Shown here in pieces: positions 1 through 10,303 of a stretch of 64,000 bases of DNA. Numbering within the stretch: position 1 is the first letter of the stretch; every line of letters starts with the position of its first letter. The position numbers and the translations under genes were made by a program. The stretch comes from Candidatus Gottesmanbacteria bacterium UBA6580 (GTDB taxonomy: Bacteria; Patescibacteriota; Microgenomatia; UBA10105; UBA927), in the NCBI GenBank assembly GCA_002433895.1, contig DJJA01000003.1, positions 288,486-352,485 of the forward strand, in the 5' to 3' direction. Below the pieces are notes generated by a model, which was not told the DNA's origin, searched no databases, and saw only the letters and a program-made list of their open reading frames with translations.

Positions 1-1658
1 GTATCGTTCCCCTCGGAGGAAGTGGGAACGTGACCAAAAACATGTATGTCTATGAATACCGTTATGACGGGAAAATCCGTGACATTCTCATCGTGGACTG
101 CGGTATCGGGTTTCCTGATGCCGAGATGTTTGGCGTTGACCTAATTATCCCGGATGTCCGGTATTTGATGGACAAAAAGGATAAAATCCGCGCGCTTATA
201 TTTACGCATGGTCACGATGATCATATCGGCGGATTGCCGTATATTTATCCGAAGCTCGGAAAAGTTCCGATGTATGGACCCACTCTTGCCGCGGCATTTG
301 CAAATCTAAAGCTCAAGGAAACGCCAATCCGCGATAGGGTGAGACCCATGCGGTTTGATTCCAGTGTGGATGCCGGTGCGTTCCGGGTGTCATTTATCCG
401 TCTGACACATTCGATACCGGATACGTCACATCTGGTGATCGAAACGCCGGTCGGCATTTTTTACCATGGCAGCGATTTTAAATTTGATCCTACCCCTCTC
501 GATGATAAACCGTCTGAGCTTGGAAAGATAAACGCGGTCGGGAAGCGGGGAGTGTTATGTATGCTTTCCGACAGTTTGGGAAGTGAACGCCCCGGGTTTA
601 CGCCGTCTGAGCAGATTATCGGCGAAACGATAGAAAAAGAGCTGCGTTTAAGCCACGGCAAGGTGTTGTTTACGACGCAGTCGAGTAATATATCCCGTAT
701 ACAGCTCGCTATTGAGCTCGCGCAAAAACACGGCCGCAAGATCGCGTTTTTAGGCAGAAGCATCGACAAAAATGTGGAAGAGTCAGTGAAGCTGGGTTAC
801 ATGAAATTTCCCCGGGATGTCATCATCAACGACCGGGATCTCAAGCGCATGCCGGCAAATAAGCAGTTTCTGGTCGTCGCGGGAGCCCAAGGGCAGCCGA
901 GTTCAAATTTATCCCGGATTGCTAACGACGCGCATAAAATGGTCAAGCTGACCGATACGGACACGGTGATCATATCCGCAGATCCTATTCCCGGCCGGGA
1001 AAACGATGTCAATAAACTTATTGACCAGATTTACCGGCATGGTGCCCGGGTGTCGTATAGTGACATCATGGAGGACCTTCACGTGTCGGGACACGGCTCA
1101 AGCGGGGACATGATGCTGTTGCTGTCCGCAGTGGGACCAAAATATGTGTGGCCCATCGGCGGCACGTATAAACACCTCATGCAATACCGCAGGCTCGCGG
1201 AAGATTTGGGATATAACAAACGGTCAGTCATTATTCCTGAAGATGGGGAAGTGATGGAATTTACCCAAAACGCGCCGCCACGGGTTGTTGACCGGGTAAC
1301 GCTGGAACATATCATGATCGATGGGTTGGGAATTGGGGATGTGGGGAACGTCGTGCTCCGTGACCGCCAGACGATCGCGCTGGAAGGTATTGTGGTGGTG
1401 GTCGTGCCTATCGAAGAGGCCACCGGGCGGATGACCAGCGCCCCCGAAATTATTACCCGGGGGTTTGTGTATGTGAAGGGATCCCAGCAATTGCTGGCGC
1501 GGGCGAGTGACGTGGTATCGAACGCCCTGACGCTCAAAAAAGGCAGGATTATCGATTGGCAGTTTGTGAGGAAACGGATAGAGGAGTCACTCAAAGAGTA
1601 TCTTCTCAAAGAGACGGGCAGAAGTCCGCTCATTGTCCCGGTCATATTAGAGGTGTAA
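1..1658 (+). CDS. rnj: Ribonuclease J (5' end lies before the window)
   Basis: The frame is open from the window edge (IVPLGGSGNVTKNM). Motifs THGHDDHIGG, HSIPD, SDFKFD and HVSGH are typical of RNase J. Confidence 0.95.
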   Translation, partial: IVPLGGSGNVTKNMYVYEYRYDGKIRDILIVDCGIGFPDAEMFGVDLIIPDVRYLMDKKDKIRALIFTHGHDDHIGGLPYIYPKLGKVPMYGPTLAAAFANLKLKETPIRDRVRPMRFDSSVDAGAFRVSFIRLTHSIPDTSHLVIETPVGIFYHGSDFKFDPTPLDDKPSELGKINAVGKRGVLCMLSDSLGSERPGFTPSEQIIGETIEKELRLSHGKVLFTTQSSNISRIQLAIELAQKHGRKIAFLGRSIDKNVEESVKLGYMKFPRDVIINDRDLKRMPANKQFLVVAGAQGQPSSNLSRIANDAHKMVKLTDTDTVIISADPIPGRENDVNKLIDQIYRHGARVSYSDIMEDLHVSGHGSSGDMMLLLSAVGPKYVWPIGGTYKHLMQYRRLAEDLGYNKRSVIIPEDGEVMEFTQNAPPRVVDRVTLEHIMIDGLGIGDVGNVVLRDRQTIALEGIVVVVVPIEEATGRMTSAPEIITRGFVYVKGSQQLLARASDVVSNALTLKKGRIIDWQFVRKRIEESLKEYLLKETGRSPLIVPVILEV

Positions 1659-1661
1659 CGC

Positions 1662-1690
1662 TTGACACGTCACCTATATTACTATAGGAT
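1662..1690 (+). promoter_or_regulatory. Sigma70-type promoter upstream of ftsK
   Basis: TTGACA(1662-1667)-17 bp-TAGGAT(1685-1690), followed by a hairpin at about 1703-1743. Confidence 0.5.
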
Positions 1691-1766
1691 ATAAATAGGC
1701 AAGGGGAGTAGCGGCTTTCCGTTGCAATAGTGCGCTGCTCTTTCTATACTGGAGTGTACTGAATGT

Positions 1767-3938
1767 ATGGCATTTAAACTGAAAAAATCAAAGCGTAAAT
1801 ATCACAAGCGCAAAGGCATCGGTTTAAAGCTTAAAAAGCAAACCGTGTATACCGTTGCCGCCATATGGTTCTGGTTGTTTGCCGCCGCAATCTCAATTTC
1901 GTTTTTTGGTGAGGGGGATATGTTATCGTCGCTCCGGGCAAGCCTCATTGATCACTTTGGGTGGGTCATGTATCTGTTGCCGATATTTTTAGTTTCCGCA
2001 AGCACGTTATTTTTTAAAGTAAAATCAGAGTTGGCCAATCAAAATGTTCCCATGGGATTGGGTATTATATTGTTTGGATTATTGGCGTTGACGAGAGCCG
2101 GAGATATCGGTGATGTCTTATGGGTGCTTACCTCTGACGCCATCGCTCCTGAGGGAGCGACCCTTTTGTTTTTGGGTGTTATCCTTATCGGCGTCATCGT
2201 GTTGTTTAATACGTCATTGGATAAGTTTATTAACTTTATTCTGATGGGGATGCAAACGATACTCGAGTGGATCGCGTCGCTTGGACAACGGGAACAAAAG
2301 CAGCCGCTTATTATCGGTGGCCAACAGAAAGAACCGCTTAAGATCCGCGAATCTGACGAGGAAAAGGCGGGGGTTAAAAAACCGATAAGCCCTCCCCCCG
2401 TGCCGATAAAAAGTGAAGTGACTACCCCATCAAAAGTTGTTTCAGGTGCCAGTGGACTCACGATATCTTCCCTCAATAACAGCCAGGACATGAAAGCCTG
2501 GGAGTATCCCGATGTTGCCATGCTGTCCGACGGGCCGGGTGAAAAAGCCGACCGGGGAGACGTACGGAAAAACGCTGATATTATCGAAAAGACGCTTGAT
2601 AGCTTCGGTATACGGGCTGATGTGGTAGAGGTAAATCCGGGTCCGGCTGTGACGCAATACGCGATTAAGTTGTCGTTGGGCACCAAGGTTTCCAAGATTA
2701 CCTCGCTTGCCAGTGACATGGCGCTTGCCCTTGCCGCGCCAACGGGTCAGGTGCGTATCGAGGCGCCTATTCCTGGCCGTGATCTGGTGGGTATAGAAAT
2801 CCCTAACCGCGGATTGGAATTCGTTACTCTCAAGCGGATGCTTTTGGCTGATAACATGAAGAAAGCAAAAAGTAAGTTGGCGGTGGCCATGGGGCTTGAT
2901 GTATCCGGTAATCCGCTAATCGGCGATATTGCTAAAATGCCGCACGTATTGGTCGCCGGTACCACGGGATCAGGTAAATCAGTGTTACTCAACGCGTGGA
3001 TTTGTAGCTTGTTGTACCGGACGACCCCAGCGGAAGTCCGGCTTATTTTGGTAGACCCCAAGAGGGTAGAGCTGGTAGGTTACAACGGAGTCCCCCATCT
3101 GCTCACGCCGGTCATCGTGGAGACCGACAAGATCCTATCTGCGCTCCGTTGGGCGACACAGGAAATGGAACGGCGGTATAAACAGTTTGCGGAAGTGGGC
3201 GTGCGGAACCTCGACGGTTTTAATGAGCTTTCCGGGTTCCAGGCGCTTCCGAACATCGTTATCATCATCGATGAGCTTGCCGACCTTATGGCATACGCGC
3301 CGGTAGAGGTAGAAGATACGATCTGCCGGATAGCCCAGATGGCGAGAGCGACAGGTATCCACCTTGTGCTCGCCACCCAGCGGCCAAGCGTGGATGTTAT
3401 CACCGGACTGATCAAAGCAAATATTCCCGCCCGTATCGCGTTTAACGTATCCAGCATGATGGACTCACGTGTCATCATCGATATGCCGGGCGCCGAAAAA
3501 TTATTAGGCAGAGGAGACATGCTGTATGTGCCGCCGGACCAGGCGAAGCCGATGCGTATCCAAGGAACGTTCGTTTCCGACAAAGAAGTGGGGAAAGTCG
3601 TCGACTTTTTCAAAAGCACACAAGCGGAAGTGCATTATACCGAGGAAGTATTGAGCCAGCCGGCAACCGCGATGAAAAAAGGCGGCGCTGGTGGATCCGC
3701 GGATGGACGGGATCCGCTATTTGAAGATGCGCTACGGCTTGTCTGCCAATATGATAAAGCGTCTGCATCGCTTTTGCAGCGGCGGCTATCTGTAGGGTAC
3801 GCACGGGCGGCGAGAATACTCGATCAATTAGAGATGGCAGGTATTATCGGAGTTGGTGAAGGGTCCAAGCCCCGCGATGTGCTTATCAAGAACCCGGATG
3901 ATTTCCTCAATAGCCAGGCAGAAACCAAAGAAAGCTAG
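1767..3938 (+). CDS. ftsK: FtsK/SpoIIIE DNA translocase
   Basis: N-terminal TM segments, Walker A GTTGSGKS, IIIDELADLM, LATQRPSVDV, and a C-terminal gamma domain (SASLLQRRLSVGYARAARILD). Confidence 0.97.
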   Translation: MAFKLKKSKRKYHKRKGIGLKLKKQTVYTVAAIWFWLFAAAISISFFGEGDMLSSLRASLIDHFGWVMYLLPIFLVSASTLFFKVKSELANQNVPMGLGIILFGLLALTRAGDIGDVLWVLTSDAIAPEGATLLFLGVILIGVIVLFNTSLDKFINFILMGMQTILEWIASLGQREQKQPLIIGGQQKEPLKIRESDEEKAGVKKPISPPPVPIKSEVTTPSKVVSGASGLTISSLNNSQDMKAWEYPDVAMLSDGPGEKADRGDVRKNADIIEKTLDSFGIRADVVEVNPGPAVTQYAIKLSLGTKVSKITSLASDMALALAAPTGQVRIEAPIPGRDLVGIEIPNRGLEFVTLKRMLLADNMKKAKSKLAVAMGLDVSGNPLIGDIAKMPHVLVAGTTGSGKSVLLNAWICSLLYRTTPAEVRLILVDPKRVELVGYNGVPHLLTPVIVETDKILSALRWATQEMERRYKQFAEVGVRNLDGFNELSGFQALPNIVIIIDELADLMAYAPVEVEDTICRIAQMARATGIHLVLATQRPSVDVITGLIKANIPARIAFNVSSMMDSRVIIDMPGAEKLLGRGDMLYVPPDQAKPMRIQGTFVSDKEVGKVVDFFKSTQAEVHYTEEVLSQPATAMKKGGAGGSADGRDPLFEDALRLVCQYDKASASLLQRRLSVGYARAARILDQLEMAGIIGVGEGSKPRDVLIKNPDDFLNSQAETKES

Positions 3939-3946
3939 GTGACCTC

Positions 3947-4585
3947 ATGAAGACAGTCGGAAGCATGCTCCAGGAAGCACGGATAGCCAAAGGGTTATCG
4001 CCCATCGATGTTGAGCGGGCGATTAAGATCCGGGAAAAATATATCATTGCGATAGAAGCAAATGATTTTGATAGATTACCATCGCCCTCCTATGCAAAAG
4101 GATTTGTCCGCAATTACGCGGAATATTTAGGGTTACCGACGGATGCCGTGATGGCGTTTTTCCGCCGGCAAATGACCGATGTTTCAAAAGCGAGTTTATT
4201 GCCAAAAGGAGTATCTGATCCTCTCAACGCCCCGCTCGTACATTTAACTCCGGGAAGATTTGTGGGGTTCTTGGTGAGCGTGCTGTTGATTATTTTTTTG
4301 TTCTATTTGGGAAATCAATATTTTCGGATAGGGAAAGCCCCACCGCTTACCGTGACTAGCCCCGCTGACCAGCAGATTGTGACGAGTAGTAGGGTGGTCG
4401 TTGAGGGAAAATCCGATGCTGATGCGACGGTTACCATAAACGGTATATCGACCATCGTCCGTGATGACGGGAGATTTTATGAACAGATTGCGGTTGAACC
4501 GGGAGTAAATAAAATAACGGTAAGCGCTACCAGCAGGTTTGGTAAAACATCTACCGAAATACGTGAAGTAGGATACCAGCCCTAA
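3947..4585 (+). CDS. RodZ-like HTH membrane protein with C-terminal Ig-like domain
   Basis: HTH_25-like N-terminus (YAKGFVRNYAEYLGL), a single TM segment, and the usual position after ftsK. Confidence 0.8.
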   Translation: MKTVGSMLQEARIAKGLSPIDVERAIKIREKYIIAIEANDFDRLPSPSYAKGFVRNYAEYLGLPTDAVMAFFRRQMTDVSKASLLPKGVSDPLNAPLVHLTPGRFVGFLVSVLLIIFLFYLGNQYFRIGKAPPLTVTSPADQQIVTSSRVVVEGKSDADATVTINGISTIVRDDGRFYEQIAVEPGVNKITVSATSRFGKTSTEIREVGYQP

Positions 4586-4615
4586 AGAGTGTTACTCTGT
4601 ACGGGTTCGATCGGA

Positions 4616-4644
4616 TTGACAGTAGGCGCAAAGTACGCCATACT
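4616..4644 (+). promoter_or_regulatory. Sigma70-type promoter
   Basis: TTGACA-17 bp-CATACT. Confidence 0.55.
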
Positions 4645-4673
4645 GGTATTTGTTCGTAGGTTTTGTACTGCCC

Positions 4674-4946
4674 ATGGATCCAGTTCAGCTCACTATCATC
4701 ATTATTAGTTTTATCCTCACCCTTTTATTGGTGCTTTTGGGTGTTCAGGTGTGGTATATCTTCAAAGAAGTACGTACTTCCATTATCAAGGTAAACACGA
4801 TGCTTGATGATGCGAAAAAAGTGACCGGCACTGTTGGTGATTCGGTCGCAAGCTTGTCGGGCGTGGTGAGCGGCATAAAGGCGGCGCTATCGGTATTTAA
4901 GTCGTTCCGGAATAAGACTGAGGACGAAGGAGAGAAATATGTCTGA
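4674..4946 (+). CDS. Small membrane protein (DUF948/YoxC-like)
   Basis: N-terminal TM helix plus amphipathic tail; paired with a YtxH-type gene. Confidence 0.65.
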   Translation: MDPVQLTIIIISFILTLLLVLLGVQVWYIFKEVRTSIIKVNTMLDDAKKVTGTVGDSVASLSGVVSGIKAALSVFKSFRNKTEDEGEKYV

Positions 4947-5325
4947 CAATAATAATAGCGACGGCAAATTTTTGTTCGGATTTTTTATCGGCGGTTTAAT
5001 CGGCGCGCTTATTATTTTTTTCCTTGGTACCAAAGAAGGAAAAAAGACCGGTAAACTTCTCGAAAGCAAAGGCAAAGATTTGATCGATGAGCTGGAAGAA
5101 AAGCTAGATGAGCTGCAGAATAAAGGCAAAGAACTCGTCCGCCAAGGCGAGGTCATGAAAGAAAAGGTGATGGAAACTATTGGTGACAAAAAAGATGATG
5201 TGACCGAGGCGGCAGCGGAAAAAATTGATATCGCACTCGCCCACATACAGGAAATGCAACAAAAGGGCGCGGAAACGACCGCCACATTGCGCAAGCAGTT
5301 TAAGAACCTCCCCAAGAAGAAATAA
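4939..5325 (+). CDS. YtxH-domain protein
   Basis: FLFGFFIGGLIGA...GKKT motif followed by a coiled coil. Confidence 0.8.
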   Translation: MSDNNNSDGKFLFGFFIGGLIGALIIFFLGTKEGKKTGKLLESKGKDLIDELEEKLDELQNKGKELVRQGEVMKEKVMETIGDKKDDVTEAAAEKIDIALAHIQEMQQKGAETTATLRKQFKNLPKKK

Positions 5326-5350
5326 GAAGCCCCATCCGTACCCCTTTTAT

Positions 5351-6274
5351 TTACTGGGGTAATTTGTTTGCGACATATACGCAGCCTACGACAATAAGTC
5401 CCCCGATAATTTCCGGCACAGTAACCATCTCCGCGTACAGCAAGTATCCAAAAAGCAGCGCAAAGACATTTTCGAGTAACAGGATTTGACTACCGAATAC
5501 CGCGTCGAGGTGTTCGAACGCGTATATTTCTATCGGGTTAACAAGCGCGTTCATAAATCCGCCAATAGCGAGCCCCAACAGCACGTTGGGGTTGGTAAAC
5601 GCTGAAAGCGCAAACGATTCCCCGCGGAGTATTGCCAGCAGCAGGCCGGAGATTGCCGCAACGGCCATAACGGCCACCGTGATTTCGTGGGTATTGAGGT
5701 GGCGGGATAACATTTTCCGTCCGACAAAAAACCATGCCATGGTCGCCGTGGCTATGAGCGTGAACCATTCTCCGGTGCCAAACTCCGCAAGTCGCGGGAC
5801 AAACGATTTGGTGGCCACAAAGCTTATGCCGACGAGCGACACGACCAGCAATCCTGCAAGTTTTGCATCGAACGGTTTTTTGAGAAAGAAAAATGAATAG
5901 AGGTAGGAAAAAAATGGTACCGACGCAAAAATAATGGCAACGTTGACGAGCTTGGCGTTGAGCGCTCCGAGGGTGATGAAATATACACCTATGGAATACC
6001 CGATTGTTCCCATGGTGAGCACTACGATTGCGTCCCGTTGCGGCATTGAGCGGATATTTGCCCACCGAATTTTTTTGCGGAAAATAAACAAGAGAGCCAA
6101 CGTTGCAAGGGCTATACGCATGTAGACTTGGGTCATGGGTTGGAACCCTTCAGAAAGGAGCCTGCTTCCGACGGAAAGGAGTGTGTAGCTAGCAGACACA
6201 ATGACGAGAAAGCCGATAGAGAGGTTTCTCGGGGATATTCCCGTGGCGGAGTTTTTGAGCGGGCGGAATTCCAT
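5351..6274 (-). CDS. DMT/EamA family transporter
   Basis: About 10 TM helices in two EamA-like halves. Start placed at MEFRPLK to avoid overlap with the upstream gene. Confidence 0.85.
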   Translation of the reverse strand: MEFRPLKNSATGISPRNLSIGFLVIVSASYTLLSVGSRLLSEGFQPMTQVYMRIALATLALLFIFRKKIRWANIRSMPQRDAIVVLTMGTIGYSIGVYFITLGALNAKLVNVAIIFASVPFFSYLYSFFFLKKPFDAKLAGLLVVSLVGISFVATKSFVPRLAEFGTGEWFTLIATATMAWFFVGRKMLSRHLNTHEITVAVMAVAAISGLLLAILRGESFALSAFTNPNVLLGLAIGGFMNALVNPIEIYAFEHLDAVFGSQILLLENVFALLFGYLLYAEMVTVPEIIGGLIVVGCVYVANKLPQ

Positions 6275-6275
6275 A

Positions 6276-7205
6276 TCAGGTGACGATATTTTTTGGTTGC
6301 TTTTCGGCAACCGCGACCATGTTGTCTACCCACATAGCGATCAGGTTAGTAAGCGACTCCTGGCTTATCCACGCCATAGGGGGAAGCGCCCAGACATTTC
6401 CCTGATATTCATTGAGTGGCTTTGTCCCTTCGCCCTCCAGCGCGTAGCCGCCAAGTTTGTTTTGCGCGACTTTCGCCAGAATATATTCTTCGGGGAGTAA
6501 TGCTTTGACACGCCCGATGCCGACGATGACTGCCGAAGGCTTCATGATATCGATGAGATCATTGGAGATTATTTGTTTTGTTTCGTCGTTTTCTACTAGC
6601 GCGGGCATAAGCACGTCTGCTTTTTGAAATAACTCCGTAAGTTCTGCGTATGTGTAGGCGTCATGACGGGTTTTTCTCGACCAGTATAGAACGTTCATGC
6701 CAATTCCCTTGCCCGCCGCAGCCATTGCTTTACCGATGCGCCCCATACCGATAATACCCAGCGTTTTTCCTTTTAGCAGCATAGGTTTTACCGACCAATC
6801 GATCTCCCAATTGTTTTTAATGTAGATGGGGAGCTTGCGGGCGGCTTCTATCGCCATACACATCGCGTATTCAGCGACAGAATCCGACGAAAATCCCGGA
6901 CAGTTGCAGCCTATTATGCCACGGGCCGCGAGATCTTTGGGATATATCCAGCCAAATGAGGTGGATTGCGTGATGACTGCTTTTACATTGGGGATGTGAT
7001 CGAGTGCGGCAACATCCAAATCCCAATCAAACACGGTGGGATCAAGCGCGAGTATTTTTTCTTCAGGGTCTTTTGTAAGTTGGGTGAGTAGCGCGAGTTT
7101 TCCTTTGTGTTGGAGAATGATAACCTCGCCGTATGTGGCGAGCTGTTTTTGTTGTCCGGCAGTAAGACCGCATTCCTTGTCAGGAACAATAAGGTAAAAT
7201 TTCAT
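6276..7205 (-). CDS. D-isomer-specific 2-hydroxyacid dehydrogenase family protein
   Basis: SVAEYA, the Rossmann motif GKTLGIIGMGRIG, and ADVL...NDETKQII. Confidence 0.85.
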   Translation of the reverse strand: MKFYLIVPDKECGLTAGQQKQLATYGEVIILQHKGKLALLTQLTKDPEEKILALDPTVFDWDLDVAALDHIPNVKAVITQSTSFGWIYPKDLAARGIIGCNCPGFSSDSVAEYAMCMAIEAARKLPIYIKNNWEIDWSVKPMLLKGKTLGIIGMGRIGKAMAAAGKGIGMNVLYWSRKTRHDAYTYAELTELFQKADVLMPALVENDETKQIISNDLIDIMKPSAVIVGIGRVKALLPEEYILAKVAQNKLGGYALEGEGTKPLNEYQGNVWALPPMAWISQESLTNLIAMWVDNMVAVAEKQPKNIVT

Positions 7206-7255
7206 TTTTTCTCCTTTTCCGCACGTTTATTATACTCCACATGTGCCTTTTCCTG

Positions 7256-8104
7256 TTATTTTAACAGTAGCACACCGATGAACGCGAAAACTGCCGCGAT
7301 TATTTTTCGCCACAGATGACCGTGTTCTTTCAGGAAATAAATTCCTCCTGCCACGGTAAAAATGCCGGTCGTTGCTGTAATTGGATTTACTCTAGATGCT
7401 TCTGCGAGCGATAGGGCTTGTATATAGACAATGTAGCCTACCACATTGAGTGCTGCGGCTAGTGCAACTTTCCATCCGCCGATACGGAATTCCCTGACAA
7501 TTTCTTTTTTTGTTACCCTGGGAAACGCGACAATCGCAAGCGGCATAAACCACACGAGAAAACTATAGAGTGTTGCCGATAATGGCTCAGATGCCGGTTT
7601 ATCGAGAATGCTAGTGAGCCCCAGGAAAACCGCGCATAGCACTGCGTATCCAAGGGCTGGGGTGAGGGTAAATTTAGGGTTTCGGAACACCAACAGGAGA
7701 GAAGCAAATATGATAAGTATAACCCCGGCAATTTTTTCGGTGGTGAGGGGTTCATTCAAAAATAAAATTGCGCCGATAAATCCGATAACCGTGCTTAGGC
7801 GGAAAATGATGGCAAATGTAGAAGCATCCGTACCCTGACGGGCATAAAATTGTGTTCGCTCATACAGTCCATAGAGAATAATTGTCGAAGCAAGGAGCAC
7901 ATACTGGATAGGTGTGAGCCCCCAAAGGCCACTAAGCGATCCGCGTTCAAGCAAAAAAAGGAGTAGTGCAAATCCTGCTCCCCACAGATTAAATACCACC
8001 GCAAATATCCGTGGCGAGCCGGTGCGAATGGCAAGTATTCGCATGAGTAACTCCTGCGCGGCAAATATGAGTGCGCTGGCAAGGGCGAGGAAAAACCACA
8101 ACAT
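7256..8104 (-). CDS. DMT/EamA family transporter
   Basis: Hydrophobic 10-TM pattern with the LFLNEPLT motif. Confidence 0.85.
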   Translation of the reverse strand: MLWFFLALASALIFAAQELLMRILAIRTGSPRIFAVVFNLWGAGFALLLFLLERGSLSGLWGLTPIQYVLLASTIILYGLYERTQFYARQGTDASTFAIIFRLSTVIGFIGAILFLNEPLTTEKIAGVILIIFASLLLVFRNPKFTLTPALGYAVLCAVFLGLTSILDKPASEPLSATLYSFLVWFMPLAIVAFPRVTKKEIVREFRIGGWKVALAAALNVVGYIVYIQALSLAEASRVNPITATTGIFTVAGGIYFLKEHGHLWRKIIAAVFAFIGVLLLK

Positions 8105-8134
8105 GGGGAGAAGTATACGCCGGGGAATGGATTT

Positions 8135-8461
8135 TTACGAGAGTTCGCTTTTCAGCCACGCGAGGTATTTAGCGGTAACGTGCGAGAGCGGAACCGCGAT
8201 AATTTCGGGATTTTCGTACGAATGGGCGCGGATAACTTCTTTTTCCAGTGCTTTCCATTTGCTATCGAGAGTTTTTACAAGAAGTATCGCTTCCTGCGCG
8301 TAGTCAACCTGATTTTTATGGGGTGGCCAAAGGAACATGGAGTCAACGGGATTTACCACCTGGGTACATGCAGCGAGCTTCTTCTTGAGCAGCTGATCGC
8401 CGATTTGTTCGGCTTGCACTTTATCGTTACACGAGATGATGACAAGCATTGCGTCACTCAT
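8135..8461 (-). CDS. cutA: Divalent-cation tolerance protein CutA
   Basis: KKLAAC and HSYENPEII motifs. Confidence 0.92.
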   Translation of the reverse strand: MSDAMLVIISCNDKVQAEQIGDQLLKKKLAACTQVVNPVDSMFLWPPHKNQVDYAQEAILLVKTLDSKWKALEKEVIRAHSYENPEIIAVPLSHVTAKYLAWLKSELS

Positions 8462-9318
8462 ACTCCAACAAATCCTAATGCTATTATACCAACGAGCGCA
8501 AGGAGGATGCCGATGGTCTGACGCACAGTAAGTTTTTCGCGGAACACGACATACGAGAGGAGTACTGAAAGCGTGGGGTACGAGCCGGCGATGGGCGCAA
8601 CTATTGGGGTGAGCCCGCTGTCGAGGGCAACGTTAAATGAAAAATCCCCGATACGCAAAAACATCGCGGTGAACAGGACGGGGAATAGCGCAACTTTCCA
8701 TGAAATATGTTCGCCCTGCTTTTTTTCCTTTAAGTGGAGCCACCAAAGTACCGGAATCCAGACAGTGAATGCATAGATCGGCCAAAACCATCCGATGACG
8801 GCGATGATTGGTTTCACCAGCGTAGAAAAGATACCGATGCATGCCATACCCAGAATGGCGAACAGCACACCCTTCCTAAATTCATTGGTTTGTTTTTCCC
8901 TGATAGGGACATAGGTACAAAGAAAAATTCCTGTGAGTATTAATCCGATATAAAATGACTGCAGAGCCGTTATCGGTTCGCGGAATAGTATGACCGACAA
9001 TAGGACAATGAGCGCGGCATACGATGAAAAAATAGTAAGTGCCAGTGGTGCGTTGATGAGCCGGAGTGATTTATTCAGTGCGATATTTCCCACGAGCTGA
9101 AGTCCGCCAAGCGCAATAACAGCGATAACGATGAACGGCGTTGCTTTTGACAGCTCGTGAATATGACTGGGAACGAGCGGAAGAAAAAGAAGTGCGCTGA
9201 CAATAAATACCCGTAGCAATGCGCGTTCAGCTCCCAAGGAGCGGGCGGTTATCGCGTTAAACACATCACCTAAGCCCCAGGTGAGATACGTGATGAACGC
9301 GAAGATTAGTGGGTTCAT
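8458..9318 (-). CDS. DMT/EamA family transporter
   Basis: 10-TM pattern with LFREPIT and FREKLT motifs. Confidence 0.85.
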   Translation of the reverse strand: MNPLIFAFITYLTWGLGDVFNAITARSLGAERALLRVFIVSALLFLPLVPSHIHELSKATPFIVIAVIALGGLQLVGNIALNKSLRLINAPLALTIFSSYAALIVLLSVILFREPITALQSFYIGLILTGIFLCTYVPIREKQTNEFRKGVLFAILGMACIGIFSTLVKPIIAVIGWFWPIYAFTVWIPVLWWLHLKEKKQGEHISWKVALFPVLFTAMFLRIGDFSFNVALDSGLTPIVAPIAGSYPTLSVLLSYVVFREKLTVRQTIGILLALVGIIALGFVGV

Positions 9319-9330
9319 GATATTTCTGTG

Positions 9331-10302
9331 TTATACCAGTTTCCGGACATGTGTAAATGCTTGTAGTCCGTCCCAACCGCGGTCGAGCCATACTTGTGTT
9401 TGCTTGGTCATGTCGTGGTTTTTCCGCATATGGTATGTCATGGCGATGACATATGCGGCATATTGGGCACGGATGAGTGAAGGGAGCGCTGCTCGTTCCG
9501 CGGGGGTTATTTGCCGGGTGTTGTTGTATGTGTCGAGGATAAGATGAATAAATTGTTTTCGTTTTTCTTCAGTGACGTAAAGCGCAAAGTTTGCGATAAG
9601 GGTGGCTATATCGAGAATTGCCGCGTTGTAGTCCATGCATCCCAAGTCGAGAAGACAAAGCTCCCCGTTTGCATTTTTTAACACATTTTCTTTTTCGGGG
9701 GTGCCGTGGATCAGCGTTTTGGGAAACGTCGCGACCGGTATCCGTTGGAACTGGGAAACAACCGGGGAAATCTTCGAAAGTTCTTCGGCGGATAATGCGC
9801 CGGATTTCAGTTTATATTCACCCGGGAGGTTTACGATCCCCATGGTGTCGTAGTAGTGTGGGGTGAGATGTTTGGTGTTGTGGATGTTGGCAAGCATCGT
9901 GGTGAGCGATGCAATATCGTGATCGGTTGGTTGGGTTTTGGTAAACGGTTTGCCTTCAAAATATTCAAATACGCACGCGTAAGAGGTGTGTTGGTTACCA
10001 GGAGTTTCCCATAGTGTGCGCCCGTCTAAAGTTGTTTTAATTACCGGCACCGGGACACCGTTTTTCCGAAGCGTGGTATAGCCCGTGATGACATCGTCAA
10101 TGCGCTCTTTAGTTTTGTCGGACGCGAATATTTTAATAATAAACCGTCCGTTTGCCGCAGAGAGATCAATATTACAGTCCTGATAGCCGGTAAGAATAGG
10201 TGAAGAAGTTGCGATAGCTCCTAACCCATACGCGACCGCGATTTGTTCAAGCACTTGGGGAAGCGCAGTAACACTATCGACGCGGGTAAAAATATCATTC
10301 AT
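9331..10302 (-). CDS. APH/homoserine-kinase-II-like phosphotransferase-fold protein
   Basis: GYQDCN, FIIKIF, LIHG..., LLDLG and DIA motifs. The catalytic HGD reads HGT here. Confidence 0.75.
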   Translation of the reverse strand: MNDIFTRVDSVTALPQVLEQIAVAYGLGAIATSSPILTGYQDCNIDLSAANGRFIIKIFASDKTKERIDDVITGYTTLRKNGVPVPVIKTTLDGRTLWETPGNQHTSYACVFEYFEGKPFTKTQPTDHDIASLTTMLANIHNTKHLTPHYYDTMGIVNLPGEYKLKSGALSAEELSKISPVVSQFQRIPVATFPKTLIHGTPEKENVLKNANGELCLLDLGCMDYNAAILDIATLIANFALYVTEEKRKQFIHLILDTYNNTRQITPAERAALPSLIRAQYAAYVIAMTYHMRKNHDMTKQTQVWLDRGWDGLQAFTHVRKLV

Positions 10303-10303
10303 G

